Positions 19,877 through 30,518 of a stretch of 64,000 nt of DNA are shown here, piece after piece. Where the stretch lies: assembly GCA_963756875.1 (NCBI GenBank), contig CAVWPA010000002.1, positions 64,001 to 128,000 on the forward strand, read 5' to 3'. Position 1 is the stretch's first letter. Each line of letters opens with the position of its first letter. Under the pieces are notes generated by a model. It was not told the DNA's origin, ran no database searches, and saw only the letters and a program-made list of their open reading frames with translations. The translations under genes and the position numbers were made by a program. The stretch comes from an uncultured Verrucomicrobiae bacterium (lineage in GTDB: Bacteria > Verrucomicrobiota > Verrucomicrobiia > Chthoniobacterales > UBA10450).

Positions 19877-20794
19877 ATGCCTGAAAAAGCCCAGCTTGTC
19901 GTCGAAGGGAAAAAGCTTTCTGTTTCGAATCTGAACAAGGTCCTTTATCCGAAAGCCGGTTTCTCCAAGGGCCAGGTGATCAATTATTACATTCGCATTG
20001 CGCCCTGCCTTTTGCCTCATCTGAAAGATCGGCCGCTGACGATGAAGCGTTATCCCGATGGCGTGGAAGGCGAATTTTTCTATGAAAAAAATTGTCCACA
20101 GCATCGGCCAAAGTGGGTAAAGACGGCGAAAGTCTGGAGCGAAGGCAACAATCGAATAATGAATTATTGTCTCGCACAAGATCTGCCGACGCTTGTTTGG
20201 GCTGCAAATCTCGCCGACCTGGAACTGCACACGTCGCTTTCGCGAAAACGGAATATTAAACGTCCAACCATGATGGTGTTCGATCTCGACCCGGGCGCGC
20301 CGGCCGACATCGTTCAATGCTGTCAGGTCGGGCTCTGGTTGCGGGATTTGTTAGGGAATATGGGACTGAAATCGTTGGCGAAAACGAGTGGGTCAAAAGG
20401 TCTGCAGGTTTATGTGCCGCTCAACACATCGGTAACCTACGCTCAGACCAAGAAACTGTCTCACGCTCTCGCGGAGCATCTTGAAAACAAGCATGGCGAT
20501 CTGGTGACATCGAACATGTCGAAGTCGCTGCGGAAGGGCAAAGTGTTCGTCGATTGGAGCCAGAACGACGAGCACAAGACCACAGTTTGCGTCTATTCGC
20601 TTCGTGCCAAGGAAGAGCCAACCGTCTCAACGCCGGTTACCTGGGAAGAGGTCGCAAATTGTCTCAAAAAGAAAAAGGCCGACCTCTTGAGATTCCGCTC
20701 CGACCGGGTGCTCAAACGTGTGGAGAAAATGGGTGACCTCTTCGAACCGGTTGAGAATCTAAAACAAAAGCTGCCGAAGAAATGGAAGCTATGA
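19877..20794 (+). CDS. ligD: Stand-alone LigD polymerase (primase-polymerase) domain
   Basis: LSVSNLNKVLYP, RPLTMKRYPDG, FFYEK, ELH, VFDLDP, KTSGSKG, VFVDWSQN, YSLRA, VSTPVTW; no ligase or phosphoesterase domain. Confidence 0.92.
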   Translation: MPEKAQLVVEGKKLSVSNLNKVLYPKAGFSKGQVINYYIRIAPCLLPHLKDRPLTMKRYPDGVEGEFFYEKNCPQHRPKWVKTAKVWSEGNNRIMNYCLAQDLPTLVWAANLADLELHTSLSRKRNIKRPTMMVFDLDPGAPADIVQCCQVGLWLRDLLGNMGLKSLAKTSGSKGLQVYVPLNTSVTYAQTKKLSHALAEHLENKHGDLVTSNMSKSLRKGKVFVDWSQNDEHKTTVCVYSLRAKEEPTVSTPVTWEEVANCLKKKKADLLRFRSDRVLKRVEKMGDLFEPVENLKQKLPKKWKL

Positions 20795-20872
20795 TTGGCA
20801 GACGTTTGCCTCAATCGGGTCGACCAAGAATTTTCTCGCCCGCACGTGACGCTGGGATTAACAGTTTCTCAT

Positions 20873-21358
20873 ATGCGCAAAGTAAACTTGAAAGATATTG
20901 AAGAACGGAAACGGCAATCGCCGAAAGGGAAGTTTGGGCGTGCATCCAGGGATATCTCGATTGCACTCGGGCGCGATCCGGAGTCGCTCGATCTGGCAGA
21001 GCGACATCCGTTCGATCTGGCGCTGGTGCGAATTGCGAAAGGCAGATCGCTTTGTCCGTACCATTCGCACTCGTCGGAATCGGAACTTTACCTTGTTGTG
21101 TCGGGGCGGGGAAGTATTCGCGACAAGGAGGGAACAACGGAAGTTGGACCGGGCGATGCGTTCTTCTTCGGGCCGGGCGAAGCCCACCAATTAACCAACG
21201 CCGGCGATGAGGATTTTGTTTACTACGTCATTGCCGATAATCCGCGCGGCGACTGCTGCTATTATCCCGACAGCGGTAAGTTCGCCGTGTGCAAGGAAGG
21301 CAGCGAAGAAGTAATCGTGAGAGGAACGGAGACTGATTACTTCGACGGAGAAGAATAG
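20873..21358 (+). CDS. Cupin domain protein
   Basis: PYHSH...ELYLVVSG.G, GDAFFF..GEAHQL.N, CYYPDSGK. Confidence 0.88.
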   Translation: MRKVNLKDIEERKRQSPKGKFGRASRDISIALGRDPESLDLAERHPFDLALVRIAKGRSLCPYHSHSSESELYLVVSGRGSIRDKEGTTEVGPGDAFFFGPGEAHQLTNAGDEDFVYYVIADNPRGDCCYYPDSGKFAVCKEGSEEVIVRGTETDYFDGEE

Positions 21359-21364
21359 AATCGC

Positions 21365-21835
21365 TTGTTCGGCAAAATCATCTCGGGAGGACAGACTGGC
21401 GTAGACCGCGCGGCGCTCGACGCCGCGCTAAAACACGGGATCGAGTGCGGCGGATGGTGTCCGGCGGGTCGGCTCGACGAGTTCGGCAAAATTCCCGCGG
21501 GTTATCCCGTTACAGAGCTACAGCAAGGGAGCTTCGCCGATCGCACCATGCGAAACGTGAAGGATTCCGACGGTACTCTCGTGGTTTTCTCGGGAGAACC
21601 GCGGGGTGGCACGCGGTTCACGCTCGAATGCTGCAAGCAGCTTCAGCGTCCGCACAGAATAATCGATGCATCTAGGGTTTCCGCCGAAGATGCCGCCCAG
21701 GCGGTTGTCGATTTTGTTCGCGGAAACAATATCGCTCTCCTGAACGTCGCAGGCCCACGGCGGAGCGAATGGCCGGAGGGATACGAATATGCGTTCCGCG
21801 CGCTCGATATTTTTCTCATAAACCCCGAGCTGTAG
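21365..21835 (+). CDS. SLOG superfamily protein (putative molybdenum carrier / YpsA-like)
   Basis: KIISGGQTGVDRAALD, GGWCP.GR, RT.RNV.DSDGT, GGT..T, LNVAGPR.S. Confidence 0.9.
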   Translation: MFGKIISGGQTGVDRAALDAALKHGIECGGWCPAGRLDEFGKIPAGYPVTELQQGSFADRTMRNVKDSDGTLVVFSGEPRGGTRFTLECCKQLQRPHRIIDASRVSAEDAAQAVVDFVRGNNIALLNVAGPRRSEWPEGYEYAFRALDIFLINPEL

Positions 21836-21893
21836 TGGCAGGCGTGCCGCCTGCTGCAGGAAGAAAATTGCAGCCGACACGCCTGCCACCACA
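21831..21893. repeat. GTAG-type REP doublet
   Basis: TGTAGTGGCAGGCGTGCCGCCTGC...GCAGCCGACACGCCTGCCACCACA; close copy at 38581..38642. Confidence 0.88.
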
Positions 21894-21924
21894 GCTTCAC
21901 CGTGATCGGCTCGTTCGCTTTATC

Positions 21925-23220
21925 TTACTCGTAGCGCAGCGCCTTGACCGGATCGAGGCGCGCCGCGAAGTAAGCGGGGATCAAAGCGGCAAGCGAACAA
22001 ATCAAAAACGCGCTGATACAAATAATCGCAACATCACGCGGCACGACTTGCGCGGGAATTGCGGAAAACTGATAAACCTCGCGCGGGAAGATCTCGATGT
22101 GCAACGCGGACGAAAGCCAGTGGCTAAATTCATTGCGATAACGAATCAGGGTCATGCCCAGGCCGAGCCCGGTCAGCGTTCCAAAGAGTCCGACGATTGT
22201 TCCCTGGCCCAGAAAAACCCATATGATTTGCCCGATATTCGCGCCGAGCGCCTTTACGATTCCGATCTCCCGCCGTTTTTGCACTGTCACGGTGATCAGC
22301 GTGCTCATGATGCCGAACGCGGCCACCACAACGATGAAGAAGAGCAGAAAAAACATTACGGTCCGCTCCAGCCGGACCGCTTCGAAATATTGATGGTTCA
22401 TGTCGATCCAGGTTTGGGCGTACTCGGGCGGAGTAAGGAAGCTTTCAATTTCTTCCTTTACCCGTTCCGCGTCGTAAGGATTGTCCGTCTTCACGGTAAT
22501 GCCGTGCAGCGCGTCGCCGAGGCCGTAAAGTTCCTGTCCGATGTAAAGCGGCACGAGTAGAAATTCCGAATCGTGCAGGTAATGGCCGGTCTCGAAAATG
22601 CCGGTAACAGTCAATTCCTTCGGCAAGATGACATCACGCAGCTGGTCGATGGCTTTCTGTTCTTCCGCACCGCCCTTGGTGCTCCCGAGCTTTTTGATTC
22701 CGTCGAGGATCTGCCCAAGGTTTCCGGGCGAATAGACGGTGAGCTTGTCGCCGATGCCAATGTGCAGGGTGCGGGCCAGCTCGATCCCGAGTACCGCCGA
22801 TTCGCCTTCGAGATCCAGTTTGCCTTCTTTAATAAACTTGCGGAGCGGGATGACTTTTTCTTCCTCGGTAGGATCGATCCCCCGGATCATCGGCGCGAGC
22901 CGGCGGTTTTGGAATTCGACGATGACCGGCCCCTGCACGTAAGGCGCGGTGGCGACGACTCCCGGTGTATGGTCGATTTTGGCCTTTAGCGGGCGCCAAT
23001 TGTGCAAAACGTCCTCCGTCGTGACCAGGATGTGCGCATCGAAATCAATTACCTTTTGGCGCAGCTCGCGATCGAACCCGGTCATGACGGAGATGACGAG
23101 AATCAGAACGGTCACGCCAAGCGTCACGCCCAGCACGGAGATCAGCGTGATGATGGAGAGGAAAGTGCGTTTCGGCTTTAAGTATCGAAGCGCGAGAAAG
23201 AGACTAAACGGCAGTTTCAA
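21925..23220 (-). CDS. lolE: Lipoprotein-releasing ABC transporter permease LolC/LolE
   Basis: LALRYL....TFLSIITLISVLGVTLGV..LI.V.SVMTGF, KRREIGI.KALGA, IPAYFAARLDPVKALRYE. Confidence 0.92.
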   Translation of the reverse strand: MKLPFSLFLALRYLKPKRTFLSIITLISVLGVTLGVTVLILVISVMTGFDRELRQKVIDFDAHILVTTEDVLHNWRPLKAKIDHTPGVVATAPYVQGPVIVEFQNRRLAPMIRGIDPTEEEKVIPLRKFIKEGKLDLEGESAVLGIELARTLHIGIGDKLTVYSPGNLGQILDGIKKLGSTKGGAEEQKAIDQLRDVILPKELTVTGIFETGHYLHDSEFLLVPLYIGQELYGLGDALHGITVKTDNPYDAERVKEEIESFLTPPEYAQTWIDMNHQYFEAVRLERTVMFFLLFFIVVVAAFGIMSTLITVTVQKRREIGIVKALGANIGQIIWVFLGQGTIVGLFGTLTGLGLGMTLIRYRNEFSHWLSSALHIEIFPREVYQFSAIPAQVVPRDVAIICISAFLICSLAALIPAYFAARLDPVKALRYE

Positions 23221-23252
23221 ACTGCCGATATGTTGGCCGCGAATGCGACTGT

Positions 23253-23999
23253 TTACAACCCAGCCGGGTGCCGCGCCTCAAAACCCCACGTGCTGCGGCC
23301 ATCGGTGTGCCAGCGGGGGCCGACGTCGCCGCCGTAACGGAAGTCGGTGGTATCGAGTCGCAAACCGGCAATCACGGCGAAGGTGTGACCGCGGCGTGAG
23401 TAAATTGTGATCCAGCGGCCGCGGCCGCGTTCGCCGTAGCGAAGAAGCTCGCTCGATGCCAATGGCTGGTGGAGCGCTCTTGCATAATGCAACGCGAACG
23501 AAACCGTGCCCGAACAATCATAACCGCGATCGTAAAACGATCCGTGTCCGCCGCCCCAGATGTACGGTTTTCGATGAATTGTATTCACCGCCCAGATTGC
23601 CGCTTTCACACGATCTGGAGCATTGGATGGCGCATAGGCAATACCGTTGCGCAATACGGCGCGATTTCCGCGAACAATTGGGTGTGACCCTCCCACATCG
23701 AGCCGTGGAGTCGTCTCGGAATCGTCTTCAGCGCGTTCGACTGGCTGCAGGCGGCGCAGCACGGAACGCGGCGAATAATATGCGACCTGCATCGCTGGAA
23801 CGGCCCCCGGCGATTCTCGCTCGAAAGAAAACGGTTGAAGCGGCACGTTTACCACATGCGCCGTGTAGACTTTCTTATGGTGATGCCTCCGGTGCGTATG
23901 CTTCGGCTGAGCTGCCAGCGTGGCGGCTGTCGACAACGCGATTAGTGCGATGCAAAGATTGCGTGTTATCCTCAATTCGCAGCGAAACCGTAGCCGCAT
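23253..23999 (-). CDS. Exported NlpC/P60-like peptidoglycan endopeptidase
   Basis: Signal-like N-terminus; PYIWGGGH, YDCSGTVS, GHTF catalytic pattern. Confidence 0.82.
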   Translation of the reverse strand: MRLRFRCELRITRNLCIALIALSTAATLAAQPKHTHRRHHHKKVYTAHVVNVPLQPFSFERESPGAVPAMQVAYYSPRSVLRRLQPVERAEDDSETTPRLDVGGSHPIVRGNRAVLRNGIAYAPSNAPDRVKAAIWAVNTIHRKPYIWGGGHGSFYDRGYDCSGTVSFALHYARALHQPLASSELLRYGERGRGRWITIYSRRGHTFAVIAGLRLDTTDFRYGGDVGPRWHTDGRSTWGFEARHPAGL

Positions 24000-24136
24000 G
24001 CATATCGAAAGAAGCTGTTTTCGCGCCAGATATACGGCTCTCCAGATTTTGTAGCGCTTCCAGCGCCGGGCCCAACGGCGGCCAAATTGACGGACGCGCG
24101 TTATTCTTCTGCGAGGTTGGTCTGCATGCAGCGGAC

Positions 24137-24496
24137 TTATTCGAGTGCATGGGCCTTTAGCTCCTCGAGAGTGACAAATTCGAGCGCGGAGGAATGTGTC
24201 GCCTCAAGATCGACAGGTGCAGCGACGCCGCGTTTGAGCGCATCTCTCCAGCGGGTGACGCAAACGCACCATTTGTCCCCCGGCTCAAGCCCCGGAAATC
24301 CCCATTCAGGATGCGGCGTTACCAAATCGTTTCCATCCAGCACCGAGAAATCCAGAAAGTCGCGTGTCACCTGCACGCAGACCGTGTGCTGTCCAATATC
24401 TTCCGGGCCGGTGCGACAAAAGCCGTCGCGATAGAACCCGGTCATCGGATCGCGACAGCAACATTTCAATTCTGTTCCGAGAACGTTTGTGGGCAT
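24137..24496 (-). CDS. DUF2237 family protein
   Basis: NVLG..L..C...PMTGFYRDG.C.T...D.G.H.VC, GNDL.TP...GFPGL.PGD.WC.C..RW. Confidence 0.9.
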   Translation of the reverse strand: MPTNVLGTELKCCCRDPMTGFYRDGFCRTGPEDIGQHTVCVQVTRDFLDFSVLDGNDLVTPHPEWGFPGLEPGDKWCVCVTRWRDALKRGVAAPVDLEATHSSALEFVTLEELKAHALE

Positions 24497-24679
24497 GCGG
24501 TGATGGTAGCACGCCCCGGGTGAATGGTTAAGTCGGCACAACATTTGACCCTTAGAGCGATTTTCCGCCTAACGGATTGCAGAAGTCATGAGGATTACTC
24601 ATTCGGCTTGACCGCATGGGAATGAGCCTGACAAGATCGTGCCCGGACGCGCTCATCGATTGAGCGTCTTGAACTGCCG

Positions 24680-25198
24680 ATGAAAAAGCGCGCAATCGCA
24701 TACTGGCTTGTTCCAAGCGGGAATGAGCGGGAACTGTTTCGCGAAGTCATCCGGATTCTTTGCGAGGAATTTGACGCGCCGGTTTTCAAACCGCATTTGA
24801 CGATTTTTGCGACGACGGAAAACCGGTCGCCCAAGAAGGTTTTGCAACAAATTCATTCCGGGCCCATTCGGCTCAGAGCAGGCGCCGTGGCCTTTTCCTC
24901 GCAATTTACGAAAACGCTCTTTGTGCGCCTCAAATCGACCACTGCTCTCAAAAAATTACTGGCGGATCTTTCCCGCCTCACGAAATCGCGCGGCAGACCT
25001 GTGCGGGACCTGCACCTGAGCTTGCTTTACAAAAAGCTGCCGGGTTCCATAAAGAAGGGGCTTTCCTCGACACTCCGGCTGCCGTTTCGTGATGTCGTTT
25101 TCGACTCGATAGAGGCGGTGCGCTGCGTATCCCCGACGAAAACGCGCGCGGACGTTGAGGGTTGGCGCGTGGTGGCGCGGAAATCCCTGACTGGGTAA
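24680..25198 (+). CDS. 2H phosphoesterase / cyclic phosphodiesterase-like protein
   Basis: Two HxT/S motifs (PHLT, LHLSL); YWLVP N-terminus. Confidence 0.8.
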   Translation: MKKRAIAYWLVPSGNERELFREVIRILCEEFDAPVFKPHLTIFATTENRSPKKVLQQIHSGPIRLRAGAVAFSSQFTKTLFVRLKSTTALKKLLADLSRLTKSRGRPVRDLHLSLLYKKLPGSIKKGLSSTLRLPFRDVVFDSIEAVRCVSPTKTRADVEGWRVVARKSLTG

Positions 25199-25213
25199 CG
25201 TGCGAATCGAAGG

Positions 25214-27106
25214 TTAGGGTCCTGGTACCGCTGCTGTGGCCGACGGCGAGGGCGGTGGACTGGATTTGCTCGGCGGTACTCCCGGCGACCTGGTGGCAAA
25301 AGGAGAGGGCGTGGGGCTTGGCGAGCTGCTCGTCTTGGCTAATGCATCTTCCAACAATCGCCTCTCTTCGACGTAAAGCTTACCATGTTGGGCCGCGTCG
25401 ATATAGCTCTTGGCGGCTTCCGTTTGATTGTCATCGAGCAAAAGAACGGCGACGTAAACCGCCGCATGCGGATCGTGCAACGGTTCGGGCGGCAGTTTGC
25501 TTATGACGTCGAGGCCTTCGCTGGTGCGACCGGTAGCGTAGAGCGACAATGCGTAAGTAACGGCGCAATTTACATCCAACGGGGCGCGGTCATAAGCTTC
25601 TTTGGCCAACTCCTGCGCCTCTTTTGTATTTTGATCGATATTGAGTCCAAGCCGGGCAAGCTTGGCGGTGATAGTGAATTCGTTAGGCGAAGTGTCGTGC
25701 AGGCGCTGGAGAACACCGTAGAGCTTTCTGAGATCGTTGCTCTCGCGATAAGTCTTGTAAAGAGCGTCCAGCGCTTCGCGCCGCGTCGGCGGGTTGTGAG
25801 AGAGCCGCGACCAAAGCTGTTCGGCTTCGATCGACAAATTCCATTTTGTTGCCAGACGGGCCAGTTTCACCAGGCGCTCCGGCTGTTCGTAAGTCGCCCG
25901 TTCGGCAGCGCTCCACAAAGACTCGAACTCCGCATCGGCGCTTGCCTGGCGCGATTGATGCGCGCTAAGCGCCTGGTAGGCGAGGCGGAGATCGTCCGCT
26001 TTGTCCCAGGACCCATTGCGGGTCCAACGTCGCAATCGCGACCAATTTTTTATTTCGGAGAAAGACTCGGCAACGGCGACCGCCACAGGCGCTTTGTCGG
26101 TGAGCTTGGGCGGCAGCTTGTCCATCCATTTGAGGGCGTCACGGGCGAGGCCGTTCTTGTTCATCCAATCCATGAGAAGTGCGGCGTCAGTCGGATCGTG
26201 CGCAGCGACCGTCTTCACTTTTTTCACAAGCGCATCGAATTTCTTTGCATCAAGCTTTCGATAAAAATTCAAACAAAGCAGGTAATCGGCGAAGGTAATA
26301 TCCTGAGAAAGCTGCAACTCTTGCGCAAACCCATCGGCGCCTGCCAGATCGTTGCGCTTCACTGCGTCATTGAGGAGAGCGCGCAATGCGCCAGTCCGCA
26401 GCGCAACATTCTTTTGTGCCAGGTGCTCAAGGGTGGCCTGCGCCGCCGCGCTTTTCGCCGCGTCCGCCGAAGCAATTTGCAAGGCGGCGAGATTGAATTG
26501 GTAAAGCTCATTCTGCGGCTCCTTTTTCAGCGCGGCGGCAAATTGCCGCTCCTGCTCGGTCGCATTTCCCTCGGCCCTCGCCAGCCAACCAGCTACGACA
26601 TGGTAGGATGCATGATCGCGCCGATTGTTTGGAATGTTTTGAAGCGCCTGCCGGGTGAGATCGAGCTGTCCGAAGCGCAGCGCCGCTGAGGCGAGATTAA
26701 GCTGGCTATCGATATTGTGCGGTAATAACCGGGCGATCTGAGCCCGCCAGACCACAGTTTCCTCGACGTTCTCTTTTTCAGTGGCTTCGGCCAAAACTTG
26801 ATAGGCCGGCAGGGAATCGCGATGGAGCTTCAAAACCTGGTGCGCCGTCGTGATCGCGCCGGGGAAATCCTTTTGTTGAAGCATCATCTCCGAGCGTTCC
26901 AACAACCGCGCCTCACGCCAGCTGTTATAAGCTTTTGACCCGTAGCTGAACAGAATCACGCTCACGACAACGGCAAGAGCCATTGCCACTGCAAGCAGGC
27001 CGAGCCGTGTAGGCGTCAAATGATGTCGGAACCGGGAGAAGGAGTCGACCCCGCGGAACGATCGAGCTCTCCGCTTCCGCCGAACACGTACAACTTTTAC
27101 CGCCAT
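25214..27106 (-). CDS. Membrane-anchored TPR-like protein
   Basis: N-terminal TM helix, Ala/Leu-rich helical repeats, Pro/Ser-rich tail. Confidence 0.78.
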   Translation of the reverse strand: MAVKVVRVRRKRRARSFRGVDSFSRFRHHLTPTRLGLLAVAMALAVVVSVILFSYGSKAYNSWREARLLERSEMMLQQKDFPGAITTAHQVLKLHRDSLPAYQVLAEATEKENVEETVVWRAQIARLLPHNIDSQLNLASAALRFGQLDLTRQALQNIPNNRRDHASYHVVAGWLARAEGNATEQERQFAAALKKEPQNELYQFNLAALQIASADAAKSAAAQATLEHLAQKNVALRTGALRALLNDAVKRNDLAGADGFAQELQLSQDITFADYLLCLNFYRKLDAKKFDALVKKVKTVAAHDPTDAALLMDWMNKNGLARDALKWMDKLPPKLTDKAPVAVAVAESFSEIKNWSRLRRWTRNGSWDKADDLRLAYQALSAHQSRQASADAEFESLWSAAERATYEQPERLVKLARLATKWNLSIEAEQLWSRLSHNPPTRREALDALYKTYRESNDLRKLYGVLQRLHDTSPNEFTITAKLARLGLNIDQNTKEAQELAKEAYDRAPLDVNCAVTYALSLYATGRTSEGLDVISKLPPEPLHDPHAAVYVAVLLLDDNQTEAAKSYIDAAQHGKLYVEERRLLEDALAKTSSSPSPTPSPFATRSPGVPPSKSSPPPSPSATAAVPGP

Positions 27107-27171
27107 TCGATCTTTTATGCAGATTGCGGGGGAGAATGCAACCCGCGCCAGAATTTGATTTGCACCAAAGC

Positions 27172-28530
27172 CTACACTTCCACGGGTCGTTGCGACTCGC
27201 TGGCAACGGGGATGTCCTCGGGAATCTCGGCAATTTGCTCACGGGTTCGCCTTCCCCAGACGTAACGCGTCAGCAGCACCTTGACAGTGGCAGTAAGCGG
27301 GACTGCGAGAATAGGACCGAGCAGGCCGCCGATCAGCAGACCCCAGACAAAGATCGACACGATCACGGTCATTGGATGAAGGCCCACCGAATTGCCCACG
27401 ATGCGTGGGGCGTAAAACATCCCTTCAAGATTCTGGATGATGATGAAAATGGCAGTCACGATCATGGGATGTGTCCAATCACCCCATTGAAATGCAGCGA
27501 TGAGGACCGCGGGCACCCAACAAATAACGATGCCGATGTAAGGAATCATCGTCAAAATTACGACGAGGGCGCCGATCAACGGCGCAAAATTCAAACCCAG
27601 TAAAGTAAGACTGCTTCCGATGAGTGTCCCATCGACCAGGCAAACCAGGAGTTGGCCGCGAAAATAGGCGATGATGTAGCTGTTGATCTGCGACAATGCC
27701 GCAGCGACTTCGTCCTTCAGCGGAGAAGCGCGCAATGGAAGGTAATGCTTCCACCGTTGCTCGATGCGCGGTCGCTCCTTTAAAAAGAAAAACAGGTAGA
27801 TCGGGACCATGATCAAGCTCAACAAAAAGCCGGTGACGCCGAGAAAGCCGCCGATGCTTTTTTTGAGAATATTCCAAAGCTTGTCGCTCCACGTCGGTAA
27901 TTGGCGTTCCAAATACGAAATTAGCTTTTCTACATCGGCTTGAACACGCTGGCGCTCTGCCGAGGTGATTTTCGACGTCGGAGCGGGCGCGATCGTCTCG
28001 GTTGCGCCGGGCGTCGCAGAATGGGGCGGCGGCGTAGCCTGCGGACGAGGGGGCGGTGTCCCGAGGAACAGGTCCACGACGTTGGTGGTAAACGATTTGT
28101 TTCTTCCGTGCGTGCCGGCCGGCTCTCCGAGCGCCCGGTTGTATTTTACAATCAAATCGACGACCCGGTCCCGCGCCTTTTGGGTATAGCCCGGAAGCTC
28201 TTTCGCGAAATTGGCGCTCTGCATCGAAATCGTGGGTACGAGCCACCAGATCAGGCCTCCGAAGGCGAAAAAAACGATCAAAAATATCAGAGCGATCGCC
28301 GATGTTCGCTGCAACTTCCCCGGGCGCGTCATTCGCGTGACCAGCGGATCGAGCAAATAAGCGAGGATCGCCGCGATGGCGACCGGAATCAGGATTGGCT
28401 GAAGGAAACTTATAATGTTGGCGCCGACCCAGATGCCGACTCCGGCAATGACGATGAGAAAAACAACGAACAGTGCGGTCAAAGCCGCCCACATCGTCTT
28501 TTCCTGCCATGGCGTCGGATAGTTGCTCAT
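27172..28530 (-). CDS. AI-2E family transporter
   Basis: P.AIA.ILAYLLDP.V, YFRGQ, IPYIG, QNLEG..YAPRIVG..VGLHP, ILAVPL. Confidence 0.92.
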   Translation of the reverse strand: MSNYPTPWQEKTMWAALTALFVVFLIVIAGVGIWVGANIISFLQPILIPVAIAAILAYLLDPLVTRMTRPGKLQRTSAIALIFLIVFFAFGGLIWWLVPTISMQSANFAKELPGYTQKARDRVVDLIVKYNRALGEPAGTHGRNKSFTTNVVDLFLGTPPPRPQATPPPHSATPGATETIAPAPTSKITSAERQRVQADVEKLISYLERQLPTWSDKLWNILKKSIGGFLGVTGFLLSLIMVPIYLFFFLKERPRIEQRWKHYLPLRASPLKDEVAAALSQINSYIIAYFRGQLLVCLVDGTLIGSSLTLLGLNFAPLIGALVVILTMIPYIGIVICWVPAVLIAAFQWGDWTHPMIVTAIFIIIQNLEGMFYAPRIVGNSVGLHPMTVIVSIFVWGLLIGGLLGPILAVPLTATVKVLLTRYVWGRRTREQIAEIPEDIPVASESQRPVEV

Positions 28531-28593
28531 GTGAATCGTCGAGCATGGCCCGGGCCGAACGGGACGGGTGTCGCCGTGATTGAACGTGCCGGG

Positions 28594-30451
28594 CTAGTGG
28601 ATCGAATTGCCATGAGGCGGCTGACCTTTGCTTACCTTGGTTTTCGCATGGTCGATCTTTTCGGCAAGTCGTTTATTCTTTAGATCCAGCGCCAGAGCCT
28701 TTTTCCACATTTCCAATGCCTGTGACATCCGATTCAGCTTCGCGTACGCATCGCCGATATGTTCGAAAACGACGGGGTCGTCATGCGCTATTTTCTCCCT
28801 GGCACGAAGTAAATCACGCAAGGCCTGGTCGAATTGCCCCTGCTGGAATTCAACCCAGCCGAGCGTATCGATGTAGGCGCCATTGTCCGGATCCAACTGC
28901 AGCGCATGTTGGATCATGTCCCGCGCTTCCTCCAGGTGTGATTTATGATCGGCCCACATGTAAGCCAGGTAGTTGCAGGCATCGGCGGCGTTTTCGGGAT
29001 CGAGAGCAATTGATTTCTTAAGGAGATCGGCCGCCTTGTCATACAAGCCCGCCGCTTCGGCGGCAATACCGTAATCGAAGTAAAATCGCGCGTTTGCCAT
29101 TTCGGCATCGCCCAACTCGGCTTCATGCAGAGCTTCCTCGAATGTGGCGACCGATTGTTCAGGGTGCTTCGCCTCACGCTGGGCGATGGCCAGATAATAG
29201 ATTATCTCCGGAATATCCGGGAAACGCTGACGAGCTTCGGTCAGGATTTTCATGGCACGTCCGCTTTCCTTTAATGGCCCGAGAAGGAGCTCCGCCAGGT
29301 GCATATAGGTGCTGGGACGCGTCGGATTGATCAGGAGGCTTTGCTCGTAGTTTGCAGCCGCCTTCGCGAACGCAGCTTTCGCCTGGGCGGTCTGTTTTTC
29401 TCGTTGCAGGGAGCGCCCGGTGTCGTCGAGTAATCCCGCGAGCAAATCGTAGGGCTGGTACTTTTTCCGGATGCTGCTTGATAATCTCTTCAAGCATGTC
29501 CACCGCTTTGTCGCGCTGATTCGTTAAAAGAAACCCATTGGCGAGCTTTTCCTGGGCGGCTGTATCATCAGGCTGCAGTTCCAGCAGGCGCAGGTAGATA
29601 GGGATCGCCTCTCTAATTTGCTGCGAAGCGGCATAATAATCGGCGATGTCTTTTAAAATGGCAGGATCGTCGTCCGCATGTTCGGCGGCCTTCTTGAAAA
29701 TCGCATTGATCTGAGCGATCTGCTCGGCTTTTGGCACTGAGTCCGGTTTGAAGGTAACCGCCGCGTAAAGCTTTCCCAGCCGGGTCCAGAATGCTCCGTC
29801 ATCGCTTTTAACTTTCGCCGCCCGTTCCAGGGCCTCGATAGCTTTCTTTTCATCTCCAGCCGCCATGGCGATCTCACAGAGTCGTTCGTACGCTTCAATA
29901 TTCTGTGGATCGAGAGCAATGGCGTGATTTGCATAATCGATCGCCTGATCGTTGCGCTTAAGATATTTCGCGTAGATAAGCGCCAGCTGGAGAAACGGTC
30001 GCGGCGCATTGGGGTTCGCCTTGATCGTGTCTTTCAAAACATCGATCGCCTGCGGAAAGTCCTCCTGCCTGGTGAGCAGGGCGGCTACGCGCGATGCCAG
30101 CTCGGATTGTCCAGGATCGACGTTGAGAACTTTGCGATAAGCCGTAAGCGCCTTGGTGATCTCGCCATTCTCTTCAAAGGATATCCCCTCGACGAAGTGA
30201 GCCAGTGCGTACGCTTTATGTTCTCCCTCCGTCCGGAGGAAAAGGTCTTTTGCCGGCTTCAGACTGAGCGAATCGTTCCGAAGCCGGGTCTCGTTCGGCG
30301 CCGCCGGCGACGGTGAAGGCAGGAGCCGGGGAGGGGATTTCTTGTGGGAACGCGCCGCGGCAGTGCTGAATCCGGCGAGAAAAATTGCCGCGAAAACAAA
30401 ATGGTGGAGCGGCCGGTGCAGCCAGTTCTTTGGCGCCGTCATGTTCGCCAT
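28594..30451 (-). pseudogene. Exported TPR protein split by a +1 frameshift (real lesion or assembly error)
   Basis: ORFs 29174..30478 and 28594..29493 join as ...QHPE-KYQPY... if one T is removed from the T5 run at 29462-29466; C-terminal NYLAY / YIDTLGWV / EHIGD TPR motifs. Confidence 0.85.
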
Positions 30452-30518
30452 TTTAACGGTCGGCGGCGGCGTGCGCAAACCACCCTCTCTTCGCCTAACG
30501 AGCGCAAATTTTGCGCGG

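Noticed and set aside
24550..24670. Small hairpins and a TAGAGCG start suggesting a second MITE or an ncRNA
   Set aside because: No matching terminal inverted repeat and no second copy in the window; too weak to call.
29455..29475. Programmed -1 ribosomal frameshift
   Set aside because: Restoring the frame needs +1, not -1, and I saw no canonical slippery heptamer in the right phase.
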